Below are positions 18,431 through 26,392 of a DNA stretch of 64,000 nucleotides, one piece after another. Each line of letters opens with the position of its first letter. Position 1 is the stretch's first letter. The stretch comes from Candidatus Humicultor tengchongensis (GTDB taxonomy: Bacteria; Sysuimicrobiota; Sysuimicrobiia; Sysuimicrobiales; Humicultoraceae): NCBI GenBank assembly GCA_031459715.1, contig JAVKIA010000004.1, forward strand, positions 2,755 through 66,754, written 5' to 3'. Under the pieces are notes generated by a model. The model had not been told where the DNA came from, searched no databases, and saw only the letters and a program-made list of their open reading frames with translations. The translations under genes were made by a program, and so were the position numbers.

Positions 18431-20331
18431 GTCTGGGTCCCGGCGGGGCCAAAGGCGAAGTCCAGGCGGAGCACGCCCAGGGGAGACCTGAAGGCCACGC
18501 CCACGCCGTAGTTGGCCACGAAACCGGGGGTGCTGAGCGCCGTCCCCCACGCCGCCCCGCCGTCGACGAAAACGATGCCGGTGAAGTCCTTGAAGAAGGG
18601 AGCGATGCCGCCAAGCGGCGCGCGGTACTCGACGTTGGCCAGCGCCATGGCGGTACCGCGGTACTGGCCACCGCTGAACCCGCGCAGCGTGGTGGGGCCG
18701 CCCAGGGCGAACAGCTCCTGCCCGGGGATGGCGCCGCTGCCCAGCCCGGCGCCGACCCGCCCCGCGATCAGGGATTCCCCGCCCAGGGGGATGTACTGGA
18801 CGTACTCGGCAAAATACTTCTGGAAGTTGAACTCACTGCCCAGCGGCGGCAGGGCGAACTCCAGGGAGAGCATCTGCCGGCTGCCTCGGGTGGGGTTGAT
18901 GCGGCTGTCCCGCAGGTCCCTGCTCCCGCTTACCGTCACCGACACTGTCCGCCCCGGGGAGAAGAAGGCGGGCGGAGCGCAGGGGTCGGGCGGGCAGGTC
19001 CCGCTGGGGTCGATGGGCAAGGGGGTGATGGCGGCGCGCTCCGAGCGCAGCCGCAGGCTCACGGTGGTGTGGGCGTCCATCGGCCGCATCACCTCAGCCA
19101 GGCTGCCGACCCGCTCCAGGTCGAAGCGGGCCGTCGTCGCCCCCCCGCTGACCTCAGTCTGCGTGGCCACGGTCTGGTAGAGGTTGAGGTCCAGCGAGGT
19201 CTGGTGTGGGTCCAGGAACGGCTCGCGGAAGCTCAGGACGAAGGTGAACTTGGCGGCCTGGGTTGCCGTGGGGGAGAAACCCCGCTCCGCCCTCAGGGCG
19301 ACGGTCTGCGCCCGTCCCCGCCAGTTCCGCTCCCGGTATGCGATCTGCCCCGTCAATCCTTCGGTGGTACTGTAGCCGGCACCGAAGCTGAGCTCGCCGG
19401 TGCGGGCCTCTTTCACTTCGATCTCGATGACGGCGGCCTCGGGGGTGGACCCTGGCTGGGGGCGGGCCTGTACCGACTCGAAGAGGCCCGTCTCGAAGAG
19501 GCGCTGCAGGTCGGCGTTCATCTGCCGCACGTTGAAGACGTCGCCCCGCTGCAGCCGCACATAGCGCCGGGCCACGGCGGGCCGGGTCTTGGTCAGCCCG
19601 CGGAAGACCACATCCTCCACCCGCCCCTCGGCCAGGCGCACGCGGAGCCGGCCGTCGTCCGCGGGGTCCAGCCCGATATCCACCACGCGGGCCAGCACAT
19701 ACCCCCGTTCTTCGTAGAGCTTCTCCACGGCGCGCACCCCGTCGCGGGCGCGCTTCGTGTTCAGCACCTCCCCCATGGGAATGTCCAGGGCCCGGACGAT
19801 ATCCGCCGTGGCGACCACCGTGTTGCCCTGCACCACCACCGCCACCACCCGCGGGTTCTCCACGACCAGGAAGACCACCCGCAGGCCCGCCGGGTCGGTC
19901 TCCACGCGGACGGAGACGTCGGCGAACCATCCCAGGTCTGCAATAGCCTGAACGTCCCGCCGCAGCTGCTCGGGGGTGGGTACATCGCCCACCTTGATGG
20001 TGACCACCGCCAGGATCTGCGCGGTGGGAATGTACCTGTTGCCCACCACCTCAACGGCCGCCACCCGCGGAGATGGCGTGGGTGAAGGGGCCGGTGTGGG
20101 CGATTGCGTCGGCGCCGGTGTGGGTGCAGGGACGGGAGCCGGTGCAGACTCCGGCGCGGGCGAAGGTGGGGGCACGGGCGACGGTGAGGGTACGGGCGAC
20201 GGTGACGGCGCGGGCGATGGCGCCTGCGCGTGGGAGGTGGAAATGATCCCCGGCGCCGCCAGTAGGAACAGCAGGGCGATCAGGGCACAGGACACATGAA
20301 GCGCGCAGCGCCGGCAGAGGAGGACAGGCAT
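18403..20331 (-). CDS. bamA: Outer-membrane protein assembly factor BamA (Omp85) with a Pro/Ala/Ser-rich linker
   Basis: 642 aa, in order: a signal peptide; a 51-aa low-complexity linker (PSPAPSPSPVPSPSPVPPPSPAPESAPAPVPAPTPAPTQSPTPAPSPTPSP); POTRA-like repeats (…VAAVEVVGNRYIPTAQILAVVTIKVGDV…); a beta-barrel with the Omp85 VRGF-like motif (TLRGFSGGQY); and a C-terminal aromatic residue (…WLNLGHPF). Confidence 0.85.
   Translation of the reverse strand: MPVLLCRRCALHVSCALIALLFLLAAPGIISTSHAQAPSPAPSPSPVPSPSPVPPPSPAPESAPAPVPAPTPAPTQSPTPAPSPTPSPRVAAVEVVGNRYIPTAQILAVVTIKVGDVPTPEQLRRDVQAIADLGWFADVSVRVETDPAGLRVVFLVVENPRVVAVVVQGNTVVATADIVRALDIPMGEVLNTKRARDGVRAVEKLYEERGYVLARVVDIGLDPADDGRLRVRLAEGRVEDVVFRGLTKTRPAVARRYVRLQRGDVFNVRQMNADLQRLFETGLFESVQARPQPGSTPEAAVIEIEVKEARTGELSFGAGYSTTEGLTGQIAYRERNWRGRAQTVALRAERGFSPTATQAAKFTFVLSFREPFLDPHQTSLDLNLYQTVATQTEVSGGATTARFDLERVGSLAEVMRPMDAHTTVSLRLRSERAAITPLPIDPSGTCPPDPCAPPAFFSPGRTVSVTVSGSRDLRDSRINPTRGSRQMLSLEFALPPLGSEFNFQKYFAEYVQYIPLGGESLIAGRVGAGLGSGAIPGQELFALGGPTTLRGFSGGQYRGTAMALANVEYRAPLGGIAPFFKDFTGIVFVDGGAAWGTALSTPGFVANYGVGVAFRSPLGVLRLDFAFGPAGTQTWLNLGHPF
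20095..20250 (-). repeat. Short imperfect tandem DNA repeats encoding the BamA Pro/Ala/Ser-rich linker
   Basis: Repeated units such as ggtgagggtacgggcgacggtgacggcgcgggcgatgg are visible on the plus strand. They lie within bamA codons. Confidence 0.6.
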
Positions 20332-20346
20332 CTCGCTGGATACTGC

Positions 20347-21051
20347 CTACCGGCGCTCCCCGCGAAGCGACCGCTCCGCTGCAATGACCAGATCGATGAG
20401 CTCGGCATCGGAGACCAGGGTGGGAGGCGCCGAGGTCAGGGTGGCCGCAGCGGCGGTCCGGGGTGTCGGCGCCGGCCTGGCAGCAGGCCGCATGGAGGGA
20501 CGCCCAACCCGCTTCACCTGCAGGGGCGACGCGACCCGCGCCTGCGGCACCACGCGCGGAATAGGGGCCGCGACGGCCGGCGGGGCAGCCGTCTCCTCCG
20601 GGGTAAGCACCGCCGGCACCAGCGCCAGCATGATGCCCGGCTGCCTGAACCTGACCACAGCGGGCGGGGGAGCCAGCCCGGGAGCCACCTCTACCCGGGT
20701 AGCCAGCAGCGACCGGCCGCCCAGGAGCAGGGCCAGCAGGGCAGCGGCGCCCAGCACCGTCATCACCGCCGGGGAGCGAGGAAGCACCTCCTCCCGTGCA
20801 GGGAAGGTGCGCTCGCGGGCGTGGTGCACCTCCGCTTCGGCCAGCAGCAAGGTGAGGATGCCGCGGGCGAGCCGCCCGTCCGTCACCTCCTGCCTGGCCC
20901 GGGCCAGCCACCGTTCGGCGAAGCCGATGTGGCGCACCAGGTGCTCCTGCGCAGCGTCTCGCTCACTGGCCTGTGATTGCACAGCGCCTCCCTCCTCAAC
21001 GGTAGCAGGCAGGCGAACCTTCCGATAGTTACTATCCGCAGGCGGCGCCAC
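20347..21051 (-). CDS. Putative membrane-anchored anti-sigma factor / hypothetical protein downstream of the sigma factor
   Basis: 234 aa with a cytoplasmic N-terminus, a single TM (VMTVLGAAALLALLLGG) and a Pro/Ala-rich extracytoplasmic tail. It lies 35 nt downstream of the sigma gene in the same orientation. The anti-sigma function is inferred from context only. Confidence 0.4.
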   Translation of the reverse strand: MAPPADSNYRKVRLPATVEEGGAVQSQASERDAAQEHLVRHIGFAERWLARARQEVTDGRLARGILTLLLAEAEVHHARERTFPAREEVLPRSPAVMTVLGAAALLALLLGGRSLLATRVEVAPGLAPPPAVVRFRQPGIMLALVPAVLTPEETAAPPAVAAPIPRVVPQARVASPLQVKRVGRPSMRPAARPAPTPRTAAAATLTSAPPTLVSDAELIDLVIAAERSLRGERR

Positions 21052-21085
21052 TCAATCGCATATCGGCTGCAGCACTCCCGCGCGG

Positions 21086-21715
21086 TCAGGAGGTCTCCGG
21101 CCGCGGCGCCGAGGGGTTCAGCGCAGCCCTGACCCGGGCGATAGCCTGCTTCTGCAGCCGGTAGAAGTGGGAGAGGCTGATACGCAGCGCACCGGCCACC
21201 TGTCGTGGGTCCTGGCGGGTGAGGAACGCCCGCAGGATGGCCCGCTCCCGCCCCGGGAGGTCGGCCACGACCGCCCGGATCTGCTCGTAGAGGACCCGAT
21301 CCTCCACCCGCAGCAGGGAGAGCTCCGCCTCCAGGTCGCCCAGCGCACCCCCCGGCACCAGTTCCTCCGCCAGGAGCTGGTCCAGGGAAAGCTCGCCGGT
21401 GCGGCGGGCGAAGGCGTTGAGCATGCGGCCGCGAATGCGGTAGGCAGCGAAGGTGCTGAAGCGGACCCCGCGGCCCGGGTCGAAGCGCTCCACCGCCTCG
21501 ATCAGGCCCACTGTCCCCTCCTGAATCGTGTCCATCAGGAGCGCCTGCGGCGGACGCAGCTGCATGGCCAGCTTGAAAACCAGCGGCTGGTAAGCCTCGA
21601 TCAGGCGGAGGCGACTGGCCGCATCGCCGCTGCGGTACTGCGCCCACAGCCCTGCCTCCTCATCGGGGCGGAGCAGGTTGACCTTTTGGAGCTCACGCAG
21701 ATACTCCTCAAACAT
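21086..21715 (-). CDS. Sigma-70-family RNA polymerase sigma factor (group-3 / sporulation- or FliA-like size)
   Basis: 209 aa with region 2 (LIEAYQPLVFKLA…DTIQEGTVGLIEAVERFDPGRGVRFSTFAAYRIRGRMLNAF) and a region 4 HTH (RQVAGALRISLSHFYRLQKQAIARVR). Confidence 0.75.
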   Translation of the reverse strand: MFEEYLRELQKVNLLRPDEEAGLWAQYRSGDAASRLRLIEAYQPLVFKLAMQLRPPQALLMDTIQEGTVGLIEAVERFDPGRGVRFSTFAAYRIRGRMLNAFARRTGELSLDQLLAEELVPGGALGDLEAELSLLRVEDRVLYEQIRAVVADLPGRERAILRAFLTRQDPRQVAGALRISLSHFYRLQKQAIARVRAALNPSAPRPETS

Positions 21716-21799
21716 GGCGCGCCTCTGTGCGCCTGTCCTCTCCCGCTTGGGGCGAATTCGTCCGCCCGGGGCGAAATCCTGCGCCCGGGCCCGCCGGAA

Positions 21800-24700
21800 T
21801 CAAAAGCGGAGGGTGTACTGGAGCAGGGCGCCGCTCCGGCCGGCGTTGTCCACGGAGAACGCCAGCATCACGTTGCGCAGGAAGCGCCACTCCAGGGACC
21901 AGACGAAACGGGTCTCCTGCTCGAAGATGGTGGTCAGCCGCAGGTAGAGGTCGCGCACCAGCAGCCGGCCCACGCGCAGTTGCAGCGGCCGGGCGAAGTC
22001 GTACTGCACGGTGAACTCGCCGAGCCCCAGAGCGCGGGCGATGGCCGCCTCCACCCCGCCGAACAGCGCCCGCCCCAGCTCGGCCCGCAGCAGCGCCTGC
22101 ACGTCGGCACCTGGCTCTGCCACCGCGCCACCGGCCAGTAGCCCGACGATCTGCTCCCGACTGTGTGGGGGATCCGACCGCAGGACCACCCGGTCGACGA
22201 TCTCTTCGGGGAAGACCTGCCGCGCTTCCAGGAAGACCTTGGTGGTGCTGCCGTCCGCCAGCAGGAGGTCCGTCTCGGCATCCAGCGAGATCAGGGGGCG
22301 CATCCCCAGCTGCGGGAGGAAACGAGCTTCCCCTTCGCGCAGGGTGAAGGTGCGACCGAACACGGTCACCGCTCCCCGTTGCGCCGTCAACCGTCCGGTG
22401 ACGCTGGGCTGGCGTAGGGTCCCGCCCACGGAGAGCGTATCTCCCGGGGCAAGCTCCACGCGCATCCGCCCCAGGTGCACGGTCAGGTCCTCCCCGCTGG
22501 TCAGGCGCAGGTCGCGCAGGCGCAGGTCCGGGCCCCGGGAGGCGGCCTGCCGCCCTGGCGCGGGCAGCAGCCCCAGGGCGTCCAGGTCGCCCCGCTTCAC
22601 CGTCACCTCCCCGGTCAGCTCGGGCGGGGCCTGCGCACCGGTGAGGGATCCGGTGAGGACGAGGTCGGCATCCACCGCCCCGGTGAAGAACGGCGGCGCC
22701 TCGATCCGGGCGTCGCGCGCCCGCACCGCCAGCCGCTCCACCCGGTCCGGTCGGAAGTGGGCGATGGCCACAGACCCCGTGGCCTCCAGCCTCCCCTCGC
22801 CCAGGCGGGCAGTGAAGGATGAGAGCGAGAGGCGATCCTGGCTGAAGCTGATCCCGGCCTGCACCGCCTCCAGCGGGGGGTTCAGGCCGCGCAGGCGGAT
22901 GTGCCCGTCACGCACGGTCATCCCGCCGCTCATTACCGGGCGGCCGGGGGTCCCTGAGAGGAGCACCTGCCCCTCCAGCCTGCCGGTGGACTCCTGCACC
23001 GGGGGGAGGAGCAGCGCCAAGATGCTGAGGTCGGCCTGCACCAGGGAGACTTCAAAGCGCATGGGCCGTTCGGCCAGGACCCCGCGCCCCGGGCCAAGAG
23101 GGATGACCCCCACCCCCTTGACCCGGTGCCCGTCCTGGCTGAGCAGCGCCTGCTCCACGTGGAGCTGCCCGTCCCGGTAGAAGGCGTTCGCCACCAGCGA
23201 GTCGAACCGCAGGCCGTTGACGCTGCCGCGGCGCACGTCCAGGGACAGCCCGACCTCCGGGTCCTGCCAGCGGCCGTTGATCTGCGTGGTGAAGGTGAGC
23301 GTGCCGGCCAGCGGCCGCTCCGGGCGCAGCAGCGGCCGGAGCAGCGCCAGGTTCAGGTCGGTGCCCCCGACCTCCAGCTGGCTATCCCCGTGCAGTACCA
23401 CCTGCCCCCGCGCAGCGAAGATCCCCTCTCCGGAGCGCCCGCGCAGCCTGTCCACCCTGACCACGTCGTTGCGGAAGCTGAGCCCGACGTCCACTTCATC
23501 GATGGGCTGGTCGCCCAGCCTACCCCGGGTCAGGCGCGCCTGCAGCGCCGCCGACGGGCGGGCCCGCGTCCCCTGCACCGTGACGATGCCGTCGAGGCGC
23601 CCATCCAGCGGGACCGGCGCCCGCAGCCGCCCCAGGGAGAGCAGCGTGGCCAGGCTGCCGCGGGAGACCTCACCGTGCAGGTCAAGCACAGGGGGGCGCA
23701 ACCCCAGGATCCCGCGGACGGTGTATGTGCCCTCGCCCTGGGAGAGCGTGACGGGCTCGAGGGCCAGCCGGCCAGAGGCCCAGCGCACGACGCCGTCGGC
23801 GCGGTCGAACGGCTGCCGGTTCAACACCAGGTCCCGCGCCGAAAACGCGGCCACTACCGCCGGATCAGCGGCGGTGCCCTCGACGCGCCCCTGCAGGTCC
23901 AGGTGCCCTGCCATCTGGACCACCTCAGCGGGCAGCGCGGTCAGGTGCTTCAGGTCCAGGTCCCGCACGGCGAAGCTGAGGCTCAGGGCTCCCGTCCGAT
24001 CCACAGTGCCGCGCGCCGTGAGCACGGAGTCCCCCACGCGGGCGCGTAGCGCCTCCAGGGTCAGCGCTCCACCCTGCCAGCGAAACGTGGCCGCGGCTTC
24101 GTCTACCCGCTGCCTCTGGACGCTGCCCTCGAGCAGGGTCACCCGGCCGCTGGCCAGGGGCCGGGTCACCGTTCCTCCGACGGTGAGCCGGCCGGAGAGG
24201 CGGCCGGTGAGGTGCAGCGGCACGGCGGCGGAGCGGATCAGGCTGGCTGCGGGGATGCCCTCTGCCTGAACCGTGAGTGCCACGGAAGATGGGTCTTTCC
24301 ATCGCACCGTTCCCGACACCAGGTAGGTCCCCCTCCCCTCCCGCAGCACCAGGCCGGGCGTGGCCAGGGCGTGACGGGACACCCGCAGCGGCCCCTGTGC
24401 GCTGTCGAACTCCAGCGAGGCCAGGGTCCCGGGGCCAGAGAGGACGGTGCCGTTGAACACTGGCTCGGACCGCGTCCCGGTTACCCTCCCGGCAGCCTCC
24501 ACCGTCGCCTGCAGGCGCGGAGGCGCCCCGATCTGGCGAGCGACCTCCCGCAGGTCCAATCCGGTGGCCGCGGCGTCGACATCCAGTATGCCCCGGCGCG
24601 AGACGGAGCCTGCTGCACGCAGCACCGTCTTGCCGCGGCCGGCGACGAGATACGGGAAGGCGACCTCGGCGTCCGCGTACCACCCGCCGGCGCGCAGGTA

Positions 24701-26263
24701 GTCCACGTGCAGCCCGCCGGCCTGGCCCGGGCCCATCCTCCCCGCAGCCTCCGCGAACAGTGCCTTGGGGGCGCGGCCCAGCACGACGCTCCCCTGCAGC
24801 CGACCGCTCAGGGGGAGGCGCAGCCCGGCACGGGCCAGCAGCTCCGGCGGGAGGTTCTCGACCTCCGCCGCGGCCAGCAGCGTCCCGCCGCTGCCCATGG
24901 CCAGGCGCAGCTCGCCCTGCAGGCGGGCGTCTCCTGCCACCGCGGTGACGTCCCGCAGGACGAGGAGGTCGCCCAGGAGGGAAAGCCCCGCCGACTCCAC
25001 GGCCACGGGCTGTCGGTTCACCGCGCCACGAGCCCTGATGATCGTCCCCTGAATCAGCGGAGCGGACCAGGAGCCGGTGATGCGCACGTCCGCGCCCGTG
25101 GTGCCCTCAAGGCGGACTCGCGCTGTGGGGAAGAGGAGGCGCTGCACCGCGGCCAGGTCCAGCCGCGGCGAGGTCACCACCAGGTCCAGCCGGCGGCCGA
25201 AGCGCAACGCCGCTTCCCCGCGTAGACGTAGCCACGACCCATCGACCTTAAGGCTCAGAGCGTCGGTAGCCACACGGTCGTTGTCCACACGGAGCAGGCC
25301 GGACATCCCGTACAGGCGGGTCCGCTGCGGCAGCAGCGTTGCCGCCCCGTCCACAAGGCGCACGCTGCCCCGGTAGTCCAGAGTACGCCTCCCTCCCCAC
25401 GGCGCCCTCAGCAGGTGGAGTTGCGCGTCCGCTGCCCCCCCGGTGAAGACCAGGGCTGGCGTGCGCACGAGGTACGGCCCCCACTGTACCAGGGGGGCGC
25501 CCTCCGCCCGCAGGTCGGCGTCCAGCACGCCGCGGTCGAGGAGGTACCTCCCCTGCAAGGTGACCGGCGTGCGCCTGCCCGTGTGCAGGCTGACCAGAGC
25601 CGCCTCCAGCTCCACGGTCGGCGCCAGGCGGAAGTCTGCCCGGCCGCTGACCTGGACGAAACGCGCGCGGAACGGATACGGCGGCCCGGAGTGGTCGGTG
25701 AGAGTAACCCTCCCATCCCGCACGACGACCAGAGGCGCCAGGCCCGCGCCCTTCATGGCCGGGGCACCCGGCTGGGCTACCAGGTCCAGCACGTTCCACC
25801 GCCCGGCGGAGGAGATCTCCAGCCAGATCTCCGGACGGACCAGGGTGATGGTGGTGATGCTGCGCAGGACACCGCGGCGGCGCAGCAGGTCGCCCAGCAG
25901 GGCGGCGGGACGGAAGGAGACGACGATCTGCGCGGCCGTAATGATGGCACCCTCGGCCGTGGGCTCTCTGCGGCCGACGGTCACCCCTTCAAGGACCACG
26001 CCTCGCAGCGGGTCGCCGCGCAGGGCGCCGATCTGCACCGGCCGCTGGAACTGGCGCGCGGCCGCCGCCTGCACCGCCCGGCGGGCCTGCTCGTGCAGCC
26101 GCCCCGAAGTCGCGACGGCGTACAGGACGGCTCCGCCCGCGGTTAGGAGGACAACGGCCAGGACGAAGGATCGACGAAACATGGGCGGCTTGGCTCCACC
26201 AGACACTATGCCCTGCTGTCCTGAAAACGGAACTCTGCGCCCGCCTTTCAGAAAAACGGCCAC
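21800..26263 (-). CDS. tamB: TamB/AsmA-like translocation-and-assembly module protein (1487 aa)
   Basis: Giant ORF with an N-terminal TM anchor (FRRSFVLAVVLLTAGGAVLYAV), a long repetitive beta-rich body and a DUF490-like C-terminus (…FTVQYDFARPLQLRVGRLL…SLEWRF). It lies directly upstream of the sigma gene, anti-sigma candidate and bamA, on the same strand. Confidence 0.8.
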   Translation of the reverse strand: MAVFLKGGRRVPFSGQQGIVSGGAKPPMFRRSFVLAVVLLTAGGAVLYAVATSGRLHEQARRAVQAAAARQFQRPVQIGALRGDPLRGVVLEGVTVGRREPTAEGAIITAAQIVVSFRPAALLGDLLRRRGVLRSITTITLVRPEIWLEISSAGRWNVLDLVAQPGAPAMKGAGLAPLVVVRDGRVTLTDHSGPPYPFRARFVQVSGRADFRLAPTVELEAALVSLHTGRRTPVTLQGRYLLDRGVLDADLRAEGAPLVQWGPYLVRTPALVFTGGAADAQLHLLRAPWGGRRTLDYRGSVRLVDGAATLLPQRTRLYGMSGLLRVDNDRVATDALSLKVDGSWLRLRGEAALRFGRRLDLVVTSPRLDLAAVQRLLFPTARVRLEGTTGADVRITGSWSAPLIQGTIIRARGAVNRQPVAVESAGLSLLGDLLVLRDVTAVAGDARLQGELRLAMGSGGTLLAAAEVENLPPELLARAGLRLPLSGRLQGSVVLGRAPKALFAEAAGRMGPGQAGGLHVDYLRAGGWYADAEVAFPYLVAGRGKTVLRAAGSVSRRGILDVDAAATGLDLREVARQIGAPPRLQATVEAAGRVTGTRSEPVFNGTVLSGPGTLASLEFDSAQGPLRVSRHALATPGLVLREGRGTYLVSGTVRWKDPSSVALTVQAEGIPAASLIRSAAVPLHLTGRLSGRLTVGGTVTRPLASGRVTLLEGSVQRQRVDEAAATFRWQGGALTLEALRARVGDSVLTARGTVDRTGALSLSFAVRDLDLKHLTALPAEVVQMAGHLDLQGRVEGTAADPAVVAAFSARDLVLNRQPFDRADGVVRWASGRLALEPVTLSQGEGTYTVRGILGLRPPVLDLHGEVSRGSLATLLSLGRLRAPVPLDGRLDGIVTVQGTRARPSAALQARLTRGRLGDQPIDEVDVGLSFRNDVVRVDRLRGRSGEGIFAARGQVVLHGDSQLEVGGTDLNLALLRPLLRPERPLAGTLTFTTQINGRWQDPEVGLSLDVRRGSVNGLRFDSLVANAFYRDGQLHVEQALLSQDGHRVKGVGVIPLGPGRGVLAERPMRFEVSLVQADLSILALLLPPVQESTGRLEGQVLLSGTPGRPVMSGGMTVRDGHIRLRGLNPPLEAVQAGISFSQDRLSLSSFTARLGEGRLEATGSVAIAHFRPDRVERLAVRARDARIEAPPFFTGAVDADLVLTGSLTGAQAPPELTGEVTVKRGDLDALGLLPAPGRQAASRGPDLRLRDLRLTSGEDLTVHLGRMRVELAPGDTLSVGGTLRQPSVTGRLTAQRGAVTVFGRTFTLREGEARFLPQLGMRPLISLDAETDLLLADGSTTKVFLEARQVFPEEIVDRVVLRSDPPHSREQIVGLLAGGAVAEPGADVQALLRAELGRALFGGVEAAIARALGLGEFTVQYDFARPLQLRVGRLLVRDLYLRLTTIFEQETRFVWSLEWRFLRNVMLAFSVDNAGRSGALLQYTLRF

Positions 26264-26392
26264 CCGCGGGCGCCGGGTTCGGGCCGGCGCAGCACGAAGG
26301 GACGGAGGCGACCGCCCCCGTCCCTAGTGTCCGCAGGCTAACCTTCCCGCCCTCGCCGCCCGGGCGGGGCCGTGCCCGGGCGGCCCGCCGCC

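Noticed and set aside
17956-20085. 709-aa plus-strand ORF and the 527-aa minus ORF at 17088..18671
   Set aside because: They are antisense or alternative-frame reads of bamA and of the downstream secreted-protein gene. Both are low-complexity Arg/Pro/Gly-rich sequences. The bamA frame has a signal peptide, POTRA repeats and a C-terminal Phe.
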